A stretch of DNA of 39,426 nucleotides from Octopus bimaculoides (lineage: Eukaryota). Positions within the stretch are counted from its first letter, which is position 1. The number at the start of each line of letters is the position of its first letter. The stretch covers positions 67,076,671 through 67,116,096 of the forward strand of contig NC_068989.1 of the NCBI RefSeq assembly GCF_001194135.2, read 5' to 3'. A model generated the notes under the pieces. The model had not been told where the DNA came from. It worked only from the letters and a program-made list of their open reading frames with translations, and ran no database searches. Below, piece by piece: positions 10,960 through 24,023 of the stretch. Position numbers and translations under genes: made by a program.

Positions 10960-11550
10960 GCTGTTACTTGATGCGTCTGACATGTCTTTTCAAACACAGC
11001 AAACTGCCTGGAGTCTTTGTCCCTTGTCATCCCCTCTGTGAGTCCCAACATCTGTAGATCCTTTCTCACCACTTCATTCCACATCTACCTGGGTTTACCC
11101 CTTCCACATGTTTCCTGTGCAATTAGAGATTGGCACTTCTTGGTGCAACTGTCTTCATTCATACACATTACATGGCCATACCAGTGCAGTCCTCTCTTAC
11201 ACACTACATTTAATGCCTTGTATACCCAATTTTTCTCTCAAATCACTTACACTCTGTCATATGTGTACACTGACAACTGCTCCTCCAGCGAAGCATACTG
11301 GCTTCATTTCTTTCAAAACTTCGCATATCCTGAATAGCCACAGCCCATGTCTCACTGCAATGGGCATCATACAACCTGCCCTTGACTCTGAGGAAGAGGT
11401 CCTTCGTTACAAACAGAGGTAGTAACTCTCTGAGCACATAACTTATTCTTATTTTAGTAGCAATGCTTTCAGAACAACTTCCCCCACTAGTAACTTGGTC
11501 ACCTAAGTAACAGAAACTGTCTACTACTTCTAAAGATCCCTCCTAACATT
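10960..11550 (-). mobile_element. RTE-clade LINE, decayed 3' RT fragment
   Basis: Minus-strand translations include LPLFVTKDLFLRVKGRLYDAHC and WNEVVRKDLQMLGLTEGMTRDKD. These are homologous to 16965-17590. Confidence 0.85.
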
Positions 11551-11599
11551 TGAGGGAGTCATTTTTTTTTCTTTTGTACATTCCTGATGTTTAATACAC

Positions 11600-11780
11600 A
11601 CACACACACACACACACAATGGGCTTCTTTCACTTTTTGTCTACCACATCCACTCACAAGTTTTTTTTATCAAACCAGAGCTATATTAGAAAGCACTTGC
11701 CCATGTTGCCATGCAATGAGACTAAACCCAAATCCATGAGGTTGAAAATTGAACTTCTAAACCACACAGCCATGCCTGTA
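11600..11780 (-). mobile_element. SINE family 1 head
   Basis: gggcttctttcactttttgtctaccacatccactcacaag...cttctaaaccacacagccatgcctgtacc. Confidence 0.75.
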
Positions 11781-12269
11781 CCTTGATAATGTATAATTTC
11801 TATATCATCATAGACATCTACTGAAGGTGTTAAACTTACTTCATTATGGCTACCTTGTACAAATCTAAGATTTCGTTGATAAAATGTTAAATGATAAAAT
11901 AGATCTCATTTCACTTATTTTTGGTTATTTTCAGCTGGAATTTTGAATTGATTTTTGATAATTGCTAATTATATTTTTTAATAATTTTGCATTTATTAAT
12001 AATATTGTAGTTCCTAATTATTTTTGATTTTAGTGTTTTTTTTCTTCTTAATTCCTAATTATATTTTGCAAGATATTTTCAATATTCTTTTACTTCTACC
12101 ATTCTTTGTGAACAAGTATGAACAATTCTCTTAATATTAAGGTGTGAATCAATAATTTCAGAATATAGAACTTAGATAATATTACATTCTTTCATTCTTG
12201 AAATGTCAGAGATAGATTAAGAACTGAAGTTAGTCATAACACAAAAGAAAAAAAGGACACAAAATAATA

Positions 12270-12294
12270 ATAAAAATAATGATAATAATAAAAC

Positions 12295-12336
<42 letters not shown>

Positions 12337-12352
12337 TAATAATAATAATAAT
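12270..12352. repeat. (AAT)n microsatellite
   Basis: Directly visible. Confidence 0.95.
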
Positions 12353-12930
12353 AAAACGCCCAGATGCAGTACCAGGCAGTGGCTCTCATGGCTTCTGATC
12401 TTAATTGATTGGAAGTGTTATCATGTACATTGTTTTGTCTTGGTATAAAAGATGGGCTACAGCAAATATTCTGCTCAATACCACAGATTTGCTTGTCAGT
12501 TGTTTGACCTTAGTTGAGCATGTCCCTTGGTGGCCAATGATATGTGCATCTCTGACCATGAGCAAAAGTAGTGGGGGAAGCATCATAGCCATGTGTTGAG
12601 AGGAATTCTTTGGGGTTTGAATAATTCACCTCTAGAAACATGAATGTTTTGTTAAACATCTTCAAACAAACCTTATTCAGGGACCTTTTGAGCAGGATGG
12701 GCTACTCAACCTGAAGAACATTCTAACTGCCCCCCCACACACACACACACACCCTGCAAGGTCATGCACTGTTTATCTTGATATAAGATCACTGTGTTAC
12801 ACACATATGGTTGTGATGCATGTTACTAGTGTACCCTTATCAGGCAAGTAGTCATGGTGGGAATGTTGGGCTTTGTATATTTGCACACCAGTGTCACTTT
12901 GATGCGTTGCTCCCTTTCTCAATAATAATA
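12353..12930 (+). mobile_element. Long interspersed SINE-like repeat (family 3) ending in (AAT)n
   Basis: Its 3' part (gatgggctactcaacctgaagaa...gtgtacccttatca...ctcaataataataat) recurs at 24024-24250. Confidence 0.7.
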
Positions 12931-13385
12931 ATAATGCTTTCTATTTTAAGCACAAGGCCCGAAGCTTTTTGGGACAGGGGACTAGTCGATTACATCGACC
13001 CCAGAATTTCACTGGTACTTAATTTATCGACCCCGAAAGGATGAAAGGCAAAGTCAACCACAGCAGAATTTGAACTCAGAAGGCAACGACAGGCGAAATA
13101 CCGCTAAGCATTTCATCCAGTGTGCTAATAACTCTGCCAGCTTGCCTATTTATTCAATAATAATAATAATATTAATAAAATTAACTATAAAAATAACACC
13201 AATATTTCTAAAATCTTTTCTTCGTTAAGAATGAAGTAAATATGTTAAAATGTAGATGTGCAAAAACATTGATATTTTCCCGTAACTTTTACCTGCTTTC
13301 CACTGTTCAATAATTAAGTTTTTCACTGAATTTGTGAGTTCTTTACTTTTCACCATTATTACTTTATGTTGTCTCAGTGCTGAAA

Positions 13386-13833
13386 GAAGAAGCTAGTGTT
13401 TTGACACTTAAAAATGACCACTGATAAGATTATTGGAACAAACAAGAAAGTTCTAGTAAAAAAAAAATTATTTTAACAGTATTTTGTGGCATAGAAACTC
13501 ATAAATTTATTCTGTACGAATACTTTTTTCACCCCTAAATATTTATATTTGTATATAAATTCATTAGTTACTATAATTTATTAGTTCCTTTTGCATATTC
13601 TTAGNNNNNNNNNNGAAGAAGCTAGTGTTTTGACACTTAAAAATGACCACTGATAAGATTATTGGAACAAACAAGAAAGTTCTAGTAAAAAAAAAATTAT
13701 TTTAACAGTATTTTGTGGCATAGAAACTCATAAATTTATTCTGTACGAATACTTTTTTCACCCCTAAATATTTATATTTGTATATAAATTCATTAGTTAC
13801 TATAATTTATTAGTTCCTTTTGCATATTCTTAG
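13386..13833. repeat. Identical 219-bp direct duplication across a 10-N gap (probable assembly overlap)
   Basis: 13386-13604 equals 13615-13833, separated only by Ns at 13605-13614. Confidence 0.9.
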
Positions 13834-13944
13834 TTTATGCATGTGTATGCAAATATAGTATTAGTATATCTCATTTATGTTCATTAGAAATTAAATAAAT
13901 AAAGAATTTTGACATGTACGAATATTTATTTCCCCGGCACGTAA

Positions 13945-14127
13945 AAACCACCCACTACACTCTCGAAGTGGTTAGCGTTAGGAAGGGCATCCAGCTGTAG
14001 AAACTTTGCCAGATCAGATTGGAGCCTAGTGCAGCCTTCTGGCTCGCCAGCCCTGTCAAACCGTCCAACCCATGCCAGCATGGAAAGCGGACATTAAATG
14101 ATGATGATGATGATGATGATGATGATA
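13945..14127 (+). mobile_element. Retroposon 3' tail ending in (GAT)n
   Basis: Same sequence as 10489-10666. Confidence 0.8.
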
Positions 14128-14134
14128 TATATAT

Positions 14135-14770
14135 CAGGGGACTGTCTTGGGCCTGCTACTGTTTATAGTCTATATAAACAACATTTCAAGCATCATCAAA
14201 CACAGCAAAGAGAAAATATTCACCAATGACTCCAACCTCCAGAAAATTATCAATGGAGAAGAAGACTGAACTGAACTCCAGTCTGATCTACATGCTGTAA
14301 GTCAATGGGTAGACAAAAATAAAATGCAACAAATAAAGGTAAAATTTGAACTGATGCATTTTGGAAAAAAGACTGTGCTAAAACAACCATATTCTCTTCC
14401 TTCAGGGGAAACCATTCACAGCATCTAATAATATCAGAGATCTAAGAGTAATTGTTGACAACAATCTTAGCTGGAGTGCCCACATCAACAATAAAGTCAA
14501 TATAGCTCATAAGATGAGCTCCTGGATCCTAAGAACCTTCCAATCCAGAGAACAAGATGTCATCATTCCTCTTTTCTCCTCCTTTGTATGGCCACACCTA
14601 GAATATTGCTGCCCCCTGTGGTCTCTCCACACAAAACAAAACATTTCAAGAAATGAATCACCCCAAAGAGCATTCACTAAAAGAATTAAGGACATGACTG
14701 ATCTCAATTATTGAGACTGCATTAAAGCATTGAAACTCTATTCTCAGGACCATGTGCCATACGTCTCCTA
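14135..14770 (+). mobile_element. CR1/L2-group LINE, decayed RT fragment
   Basis: Translates with stops and frameshifts to QGTVLGLLLFIVYINNI...IFTNDSNL...LQSDLHAVSQWVDKNKMQ...LSWSAHIN...WILRTF...LFSSFVWPHLEYCCPLWS, the typical CR1 RT motifs (QGSVLGPLLF, RPHLEYC..VWSP). Confidence 0.85.
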
Positions 14771-16854
14771 CAAAATTCAGGATCACAACACATAAATACA
14801 CTGCAACACAATTCCTTTTCCTCAATGTGCCAGCATGCCACACTGTCATCGTTCTGGCTAATCTTAGCAAATGCCCATGACAACAACGCCAGACACAATT
14901 CACTTCTGCACTCTTTTCAAGGCATTTTGCACAAAATGCAATCCTGCAAGAAAACTTTTGCTGATATTATGGATTGAGAATGCAAACACTCAATACAGCT
15001 TATTCCACAGCTGCAGGATTTTCTCTTGCACTCATGTATACGCCCTTGCATGCTCATTCACGCAACGACTGGCACATTTTGCACTCATGCACATGCTCAT
15101 TCACTCTGCCTCAGTCACACACCAACTGGCATATTCTGCATCCTTTATTCAACTGATATATATAAGTGGTGTCATTTATTTCAAATATTCTGGAGAAACA
15201 TGTCTGGTCATGGAGAAATACTATTTTGTTTGTAAACAGATGAGGATTGGTAATAAGAAAGGCTTTTGACCATGAAAAAACTACCTCAATAAATGTCATC
15301 TGACCCATGCAAGCTTGGAAAAGTGGAAGTTAAAATGACACAGATGATTATATTTGTGTGTGTGTGTGTGTAAGTCATCTAAGAGTCCATAAGTCAGGAA
15401 AAAATGCTCTCATATATCTGTCAATAGAGTGAGTATATTATCCGAAATGTACAGTATTATATATCCATTATGACTAATCCCTACATTAACGGTATTAATA
15501 TAATTATTAAGAGTTACAATCTAAAAATATAGTATTATAGTAAACAAAGTTAAAACATTATGGAATAAGTAGATAATAGTAAAAAAATGTGTTAGTGTAC
15601 AAAGTTACTAAAAGACGGATGTCAATATTGTTTATAAAATTAAAATAAGAAAACATGACTTATCTGCCGGTTGGTAACTGTAAATTAAAACAAAATGACT
15701 TTGCTATAGAATTTATACTAAAAGGTCACGTGATAAATATGGCATCTATTACCCAGAAGTACATGCGTATTATAATTACTAAAATAATAACGAAAATATC
15801 GAAAAAGAAAATCTACCTAAAATAAAACCCATACGAAAATTCTATATTACGTAAATAATGCTATGAAAATTAATACTGAAAAGTCACGTGATAAACAGAG
15901 GTAAGTACGTGTTATAATTACTAAAATAATAACGAAAATATCAAAAAAGAAAATCTACCTAGAATAAAAAGTTTAATGAAGATTAATAATACTAAAATAC
16001 TTAAAACTCTCAGATTTACGTAGAATAATAACTATGCCAAATACGAAAGTTATATATTACTTAAATAATGTTATGAAACATTGTAAAAGACTGCTCATAT
16101 TATCGTTGAATACTTAAAGTAAAGGTAGTTATATGTTCCAATATTGTATAATATTGTGATGATTAAAGTGTATTCTAAAGCTATGTAGATGTATTTTACG
16201 ATACTGATCATAACTATAAGTTGGTACCTAATGCTAGGTTTAAAAATAAATTAGTTATCTAAACTTATTATATAAGTAATTTAATTTATGTCTGCATTTA
16301 ATATTACGTTCCTCGTGGGAGTTAATCAATTTTTTATTAATTAATAATATCTCTTTAAATTCGTTAGTACATAATAAGCAGAATTTATTCCCTATCCTAT
16401 ATGATTTAGTATATGATTTATTTATGTAATATGTTATTTAATTTAAATTTTTAGATTAAAATATTAGATATTAGGATAGTATATGCCTCACAGCATGGAT
16501 TTGGATGGGTTCTGAGTTGTAGAGTGGTGGTTCGTCTTTAAATTAGTTATATATATATATATATATANNNNNNNNNNNNNNNNNNNNNNNNNNNNNNNNN
16601 NNNNNNNNNNNNNNNNNNNNNNNNNNNNNNNNNNNNNNNNNNNNNNNNNNNNNNNNNNNNNNNNNNNNNNNNNNNNNNNNNNNNNNNNNNNNNNNNNNNN
16701 NNNNNNNNNNNNNNNNNNNNNNNNNNNNNNNNNNNNNNNNNNNNNNNNNNNNNNNNNNNNNNNNNNNNNNNNNNNNNNNNNNNNNNNNNNNNNNNNNNNN
16801 NNNNNNNNNNNNNNNNNNNNNNNNNNNNNNNNNNNNNNNNNNNNNNNNNNNNNN

Positions 16855-18106
16855 CCCAGTGCAAGCTATGGACACATAAGAGGTGCAGCAATATCAAAAG
16901 CAGGTTAACTAAGAAGTTAGTTTTTGTATGTGACAGATGTTCAGGTGCAATAAACACTGAAAATGTGCAGAAAACAACTTCTGTCACATTCCAGGGAGAA
17001 AAACTGGACGTAGTTGATAGCTTCCGATATCTGGGTGACCAAGTTAGTAGTGGGGGAGGGTGCACTGAAAGTGTAGCTGCTAGAATAAGAATAGCCTGGG
17101 CAAAGTTCAGAGAGCTCTTAGCTCTGCTGGCGACAAAGGGCCTCTCACTCAGAGTAAAAGGCAGACTGTATGACGCATTTGTATGAACAGCCATGCTACA
17201 TGGCAGTGAAACATGGGCCGTGACTGCTGAAGACATGCATAAGCTCGCAAGGAATGAAGCCAGTATGCTCCAATAGATGAGTAAAGTCTGTGTGCATACC
17301 TGACAGAGTGTATCTTGAGAGAAAAGTTGAACCTAAGAAGCATCAGTTGTGGTGTGCAAGAGAGACGAATGCGCTGGTATGGGCATGTGGTGAGAATGGA
17401 TGAGGATAGCTATGTGAAAAAGTGCCACACCCTAGCGGTTGAGGGAACCCGTGGAAGAGGCAGGCCCAGGAAGACCTGGGATGAGGTGGTGAAGCACGAC
17501 CTCCAAACATTAGGCCTCACCGAGGCAATGACTTGGGACCAAGACCTTTGGAAATATGGTGTGCGTGAGAAGACCCGGCAAGCCAAGTGAGACCAAAATC
17601 CAAGGCCTCTGCCAGGGCTGTAGCCAGCCCACTTATGCGCATCATTCCTTCATTGGACACTAAACTCCACTTGTGAAAACCTGTTGAGGCAAGTGAAATC
17701 GAAATCAAACTAAATTTGATGATTGGCACCCATGCCAACGTCTCTTTCATTGAACACTAAACTCGGCTTGCAAAGACCTCTTGGGGCACGTGAAAACGAA
17801 ATTGTGTTGGCACCTGTACCAGTAGAGCACCGTCTGAGCTTGATCTATGCCAGAGCAGCTGCCTGGCTTCCGTACCGGTGGCACGTAAATAGTACCATTT
17901 GAGTGGGATCATTACCAACGTCGCCTTCCTGGCATTTGTGCTGGTGGCACATGAAAAGACATTCGAGCGAGATCATTGCCAGTGCCGCTGGACTGGCTCC
18001 TGTGCAGGTAGCACATAAAATACCCCATTTCGAGTGTGGCCGTTGCCAGTACCGCCTGACTAGCTTTCATGCTGGTGGCACGGAAAAGCACCCACTGCAC
18101 TCTCAG
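16855..18106 (+). mobile_element. RTE-clade LINE 3' portion plus 3' tail, flanked by gaps
   Basis: EKLDVVDSFRYLGDQVSSGGGC...ARIRIAWAKFREL...LRVKGRLY, then MLHGSETW, then RRMRWYGHVVRMDE...GRGRPRKTWDEVVKHDL. A premature TGA and frameshifts are present. Confidence 0.9.
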
Positions 18107-18664
18107 NNNNNNNNNNNNNNNNNNNNNNNNNNNNNNNNNNNNNNNNNNNNNNNNNNNNNNNNNNNNNNNNNNNNNNNNNNNNNNNNNNNNNNNNNNNNNN
18201 NNNNNNNNNNNNNNNNNNNNNNNNNNNNNNNNNNNNNNNNNNNNNNNNNNNNNNNNNNNNNNNNNNNNNNNNNNNNNNNNNNNNNNNNNNNNNNNNNNNN
18301 NNNNNNNNNNNNNNNNNNNNNNNNNNNNNNNNNNNNNNNNNNNNNNNNNNNNNNNNNNNNNNNNNNNNNNNNNNNNNNNNNNNNNNNNNNNNNNNNNNNN
18401 NNNNNNNNNNNNNNNNNNNNNNNNNNNNNNNNNNNNNNNNNNNNNNNNNNNNNNNNNNNNNNNNNNNNNNNNNNNNNNNNNNNNNNNNNNNNNNNNNNNN
18501 NNNNNNNNNNNNNNNNNNNNNNNNNNNNNNNNNNNNNNNNNNNNNNNNNNNNNNNNNNNNNNNNNNNNNNNNNNNNNNNNNNNNNNNNNNNNNNNNNNNN
18601 NNNNNNNNNNNNNNNNNNNNNNNNNNNNNNNNNNNNNNNNNNNNNNNNNNNNNNNNNNNNNNNN

Positions 18665-18712
<48 letters not shown>

Positions 18713-19424
18713 GTATAATATATTTATATATATATATTCCTACATGCACACACACACACGCACACATACATACATGCATATATATATATATATTAATATA
18801 CTTATATATATATGCATATGTATATTTTTTCAGTGTGTTTAACATTTAAAAACATGTTAAAAGATATAATCAAAAGTGTGCCATTATATAGAACAGCTAA
18901 CAACAGGTATAAATACACCTGGAAAGTGTATTACTTTCTTGCTGTTCACAGAAATCAATTACAGATCATTTCTATTGAAGTTATTTGACACTGCTATTCC
19001 TATCAGGTTTCTTTGGTTGGCAATGGTGTTAATTATTAGCAGGAATTCACAGCAGCTATAGCTAATTCACTTGATAACAAGGAAGTGTTTACGCTGTCGA
19101 AACCAATAATAAGAGCTATCAACCACTTTCTGACTGCTTCATGCTTCCATGGGAATTTATGCCAAGACATATTACAAAACTAAATAAATTTTACTTTGCT
19201 GATTTACCTTCTGTGAAATTTAGCTTTAGTTTTATTTTAAGGAAATTATTCTTCTGTATTTCTGGAAGTATGTTCTAAATATACTGATCCAACTGTCCTC
19301 CCTTATATATGTGTGTGTGTGTGTGTTTACGCACATGTATACATACACACAAACACACACATACACATTTATATTTACATACATACGTATGTACATGTAA
19401 ACTTACATATATATGTATACATAT

Positions 19425-19426
<2 letters not shown>

Positions 19427-19510
<84 letters not shown>
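19427..19510. repeat. (GT)n microsatellite
   Basis: Directly visible. Confidence 0.95.
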
Positions 19511-19512
<2 letters not shown>

Positions 19513-20094
19513 CCTCATCATCATCATCACCAATGTGATCATTTTAATATTCACTTTTTATGCTTGCATGGGTCAGTTAGAGTTTATTATGGCAGATTTT
19601 CTATGGCTGGATGCCCTTCCTATGGCCAACCTTCATCTGTTTCAGAGTAAAGTAATATTCCCTTCCCCATGGGGCCAGTCAGGCAGTCCTGGCATCAATC
19701 ATATATATATATATATATGTTTTCCTGGCAGACTGGAAATGAAGAACTACTTGTATGCTGGGAATACTCATTCACAACAATCACATGATATCAAGGCAAA
19801 GAAACACAAACACACATACACACATGTACACATACACACACGTGTGTGTGTGTGCGCGTGTGTGTGTGTGCGCGTGTGTGTGTGTGTGGCAGATTAGTAC
19901 GTTTTTGTTGTTAAACTATCATTTAACCTCTTGTTACCACATTTCTAACAAAGCACACTGCTCCTATATTCCAATAATAGTCATCAATGAGAAAGGATTT
20001 AATGAAATAATTAATTTTTTCATTAATTGGTACATCAAGTTAGTGTATAGAACCTAACTTAACAAATGGTTGATATATGATAAATATGTGATAC

Positions 20095-20290
20095 TCTTTT
20101 ACTCTCTTTTACTCTTTTACCTGTTTCAGTCATTTGACTGTGGCCATGCTGGAGCACCACCTTTAGTCAAGCAAATCGACTCCAGGACTTATAGCAGAAG
20201 ACACTTGCCCAAGGTGCCATGTAGTGGGACTGAACCCAGAACCATGTAGTTGGTAAGCAAGCTACTTACCACACAGCCACTCCAGTGCCT
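20095..20290 (-). mobile_element. SINE family 1, internally deleted (tail fused directly to head)
   Basis: ...gcaaatcgactccaggacttat|agcagaagacacttgcccaaggtgcc...; the middle of the consensus is missing. Confidence 0.75.
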
Positions 20291-20519
20291 GATGAAATTT
20301 TTTATTCCAGTACAAACATTTAAAAGACATAAGGGATTTTGTAAGTTATGCCTTGGGCAGATTGACCTTGATAGGGTTAAAACCAAATCTGACTGGAATT
20401 AATAAATGTTTCAGTTCCTCTGTTGCTCAATCATGCTGCTTTCAGAACCAGATTTAGATGAAGAGAAGCCCTAGGTTGTTCTTTTCCTGAGGCCTCCCTC
20501 GAAAGACTTATGACAGTGT

Positions 20520-21285
20520 CAAAAATATTATACACATTGACCACAGGTCACCTGAGTTTTGCGATTCTAGGGGTCGGCCTATAGAAAAATCCACCTTGAT
20601 AAACTTAAGAAACCACTTGGATACCTTATCACCACTATTATTATCTCTTTCCAGCACCATCTGATCACTTCCACTTTCTTTTCTAAAATGTGGGTAGTCA
20701 TATAGTAAGCAGTAAGCTGTAAAATCCCTAGCTGGTGACCAGAGGGGGAGGCTGTCCTCTCAACCAAATGCACTGCCGTGGTTTCTACTGGATAATGGAC
20801 TCTGGTGGTGATGTTATACCATGCTTTCCCATCCTTGGCACTGGCCTTAGCTTGCTTTAGGTCAAGTTGCTGCAGCTTCACCCAAATCTTCTTTGGTGCA
20901 CTACACTAGATTCTCCAGTTTGCGGGTCACTGCCATCACAAAAGTGGGTGTGGCAGTCTTCCAGTGCTCCTCCTGTAGATGTGGCCAAACCACTCTAACC
21001 TGTACTGCCAGACTTGGTCTTCAATGGTCAGTTGCTGCTGATATTGTTCTCAGATGTTATTGTTTGAGATTCGGTTGTGTAGAGAGACACCAAGGATCTG
21101 ATGAAGACATTGCATTTGAAACACCTCAAGCTTGTTCAGATCTTGTTTAAGGATGGTCCAGGCCTCAGTGCTGTAGAGGAGGACAAGCAGAACCAGCATG
21201 CGGAAAAGACAGATCTTGGTTGTTAGGGAGATGTTGGGCTTCTTCCAGACACACCACCGAAGGGTAGATAGTCATGAAGCTCCCC
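20520..21285 (-). mobile_element. RTE-clade LINE (second subfamily), decayed 3' end
   Basis: Minus strand reads VWKKPNISLTTKICLFRMLVLLVLLYSTEAWTILKQDLNKLEVFQMQCLHQILGVSLHNRISN...RLEWFGHIYR. The lower boundary is uncertain. Confidence 0.8.
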
Positions 21286-22448
21286 TACACCAAGAAACAT
21301 ATTGTGCTCTTGCCCTTTCTCTCATACTTCAACCTTCGACTCCTAGCATAAAGCTGCCCACCTCAGGCCAAATTGTAAAAGCAGCCTCACTAGTGCTGGT
21401 GCTGGTATCCAGTCATAGAAACCATACAAAAGCAGACACTGGCATATAACACAATACCTGGACTATTTAGATCCTATCAAACCATTCCACCCATATCAGC
21501 AAAGAACATGGACATTAAATGATGATGACAAAGGTAATGATGTTTAAAGTTAACCACCAATTCTATCAAACACAGATATACACTCATGTCACCGTCATTG
21601 CAAAACAATCAAACAAGAATTCTTCATTTGCAGGAATAGAACTTCAAATTCAATCCATTAAATGCAGGTTTATAATCTTTTTATGTCTGACATGTCTAAA
21701 AGTTCTACGAGCTTTTCATTCCTGATACATTTAGAAAGCACTTAAACACTGTCAAATTATGTTCTTATATTGATTCAAATTTTGGCAGAAATTCTGTAAT
21801 TTCAAGGGAGTGGGTAAGTTGATTATATTGACCCTAGTGTTCAACTGGTACTTATTTTATCGACCCCCAAGAAGATGAAAGGCAAAGTTGACCTAAAGTT
21901 GAATTTGAACTCAGAACATGAAGATGGACGAAATACTGCTAAGCATTTTGTCTGGTGTGCTAATGGTTCTGCCAGCATGCCACCTTAAAATATGTTCTTA
22001 TATTATTTACACACTAAAGCATTACCATGATCTGATGGGTAACTTTGGAAGTACATTTTTGCCACTATGGATAATATCAAGAAATATGGTAAAACATTCA
22101 ATAACCTTTTGCAGAACCCAGTTGAGAAACACTGCTCTGTATAAATAAAAAGTATGAGTGGAGGATCAGCCACCAACTCAATCAACTGACCAACCAGCCA
22201 ACTGACTGACCAACCAGCCGACCAACCAACATTTATATTGGTTTATATTAAATGTGTATTATCATAGAAATTTATTTCTGATCTGAATGGAAATATCAAT
22301 ATCGGCACCAGAGGAACCATTGCTTCATATTTATATTCAATAAATCTGTGTTTATGAATGAATGAATGTTCTGGGTAGTCCAAATCTAATAAATATAGAA
22401 GGAAAATAACGTGTGTGTATGTATGTGTGTTTGCGTACATATATATAT

Positions 22449-23150
22449 CATTTCATATACACGGATGATTTAAAGCTCTTTGCCAAAAATGACCAACAAC
22501 TACAGGGCTTACAAGGAATTGTTAAACAATTCAGTGATGATATCAGGATGCAATTTGGCCTTGATAAATGTGCAAAAGCTACTTTTGTCAAAGGAAAAAT
22601 GACAGAAAAATTCAACGTTAATCTTGACCAACAGAATGTCATAAAAAGGTTAGAACCAGCAGAGAGCTACAAATACCTAGGGGTATTTGAAGGTGATGGA
22701 ATCAAACATTCAATGATGAGGGAAAGGATCAGAAGGGAATGTTATCACAGAATAAGGACAATACTCAAGACAGGGCTGAATGCAAGAAACAGGATCAAAG
22801 CGATCAATACTTTAGCCATATCAGTCATGACTTACAGTTTCGATATTATTAACCGGCCAATTACTGAAATGTGTAATCTTGACAGAAAAATACGAAAATC
22901 ATTGACAATGCATAGAATGCACCACCCAAATGCAGATATAGAATGACTTTACCTGCCAAGAAAAGAGGGTGGCCGTAGACTTTTACAACTGGAATTAACA
23001 ATGAGGATTGTCACAATTGGTCTAGACACCTACCTGAAAAACTCTGAAGACTGGATGTTAAAACTTGTCTCAAAGCATGAAAACAAGAAAGCATCATACT
23101 CAGTAACAAAACAAGGCACAGGAATATATAAGTGAATTCCAAAGTCTCTG
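22449..23150 (+). mobile_element. R4/Dong-clade non-LTR retrotransposon RT fragment
   Basis: YTDDLKLFAK...DDIRMQFGLDKCA...YKYLGV...IKAINTLA..VMTYSFDII...LDRKIRKSLTMHRMHHPNADIE*LYLPRKEGG matches R4/Dong RT motifs (YMDDLKL, FGLDKCA, HPRADVDRLYLPRKEGGRGL). Confidence 0.85.
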
Positions 23151-23759
23151 GGTGAGACTTGGAGTCAACTTGTACAAATACAAAGCAAAAGTCAAACATA
23201 TAATGATAATAGAAATAATAATCCTTTCTACTATAGGCACAAGGCCTGAAATTTATAGGGGTAGAGGGGGCTATTCAATTACATTGATCCCAGTGCTCAA
23301 CCAGTACTTATTTCCTCAACCCCGAAAGGATGAAAGACAAAGTCAGCTGAAGCAGAATTTTAATCCAGAACATAAAGATATGAAATACTGCAGAACATTT
23401 TAATAATAATAATGAAAAAAAAGGCATCAGAAAGGCAATGCATACCCTGTGCACAGATAATTTTTGTCGCAAATTATAGGGTGGCCTACAATGCGTTGCT
23501 TACCCATGCTTTTTAATTGAACTGAATTTAGGTTTGTAAGTGTTTGACTAAACTTGCTTATCAGGAAATTTGTAAGTTCAATGTTTTTTTCAGTTATTTA
23601 TTTTTTTTAAGTATCACCATTAGAAGTATTTATACTCTGGTGAAATTAAGAAATCAGCTCATAAATAAACAAAACCCTTGAATCCATCACTGTACACATG
23701 TGCATGCTCACACACACATACACACACAATCACATATCTATGTATGTATTTATGCATAT

Positions 23760-23935
23760 TTGAAGATGATCAAACCAAATTTTCATCATCTCAAGTCGCT
23801 CACACAATGAGTATTTCTGCCAAATTTGGTGAAAATTCATTCAGCCATTTCCCAGAAATTTTGCAAACACACAGACAAACAGATGAAGATGAGTGATTAC
23901 AATACCTTGCTTTCACTTATGCACACAGGGTAAAA
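23760..23935. mobile_element. Probable Helentron/HINE-like non-autonomous fragment
   Basis: gccaaatttggtgaaaattcattcagccatttcccagaaattttgcaaacacacagacaaacaga resembles the AAATTTGGTGAAAATCGG...ACAGACAGAC core of DINE-1/HINE-like elements (from memory). Confidence 0.45.
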
Positions 23936-23968
23936 ATGATGATGATGATGATGATGATGACAACAACG

Positions 23969-24022
<54 letters not shown>
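23935..24022. repeat. Compound (GAT)n(AAT)n microsatellite
   Basis: Directly visible. Confidence 0.95.

Positions 24023-24023
<1 letters not shown>

Noticed and set aside
13386-13833. Perfect 219-bp tandem duplication as a biological event
   Set aside because: The copies are identical and separated only by a 10-N gap, which is typical of unmerged contig overlap. Long reads would settle it.
15650-16500. Mitochondrial insertion (NUMT) or control-region copy
   Set aside because: The composition is suggestive, but I could not recognise any mitochondrial tRNA, rRNA or protein motif. I kept it only as a CpG-retaining island; blastn against octopus mtDNA would decide.
16543-18845. Long ORFs (229-271 aa) spanning N-runs, and similar ones at 4105-4493, 6105-6420 and 30826-31230
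   Set aside because: Their length comes from translating Ns as X. The flanks are microsatellite or LINE sequence.
22944-22946. In-frame TGA in the R4/Dong RT as selenocysteine or readthrough
   Set aside because: It sits at the conserved Arg of D.RLY, so a CGA-to-TGA or AGA-to-TGA mutation is the simple explanation. The element is also truncated and frameshifted further on.
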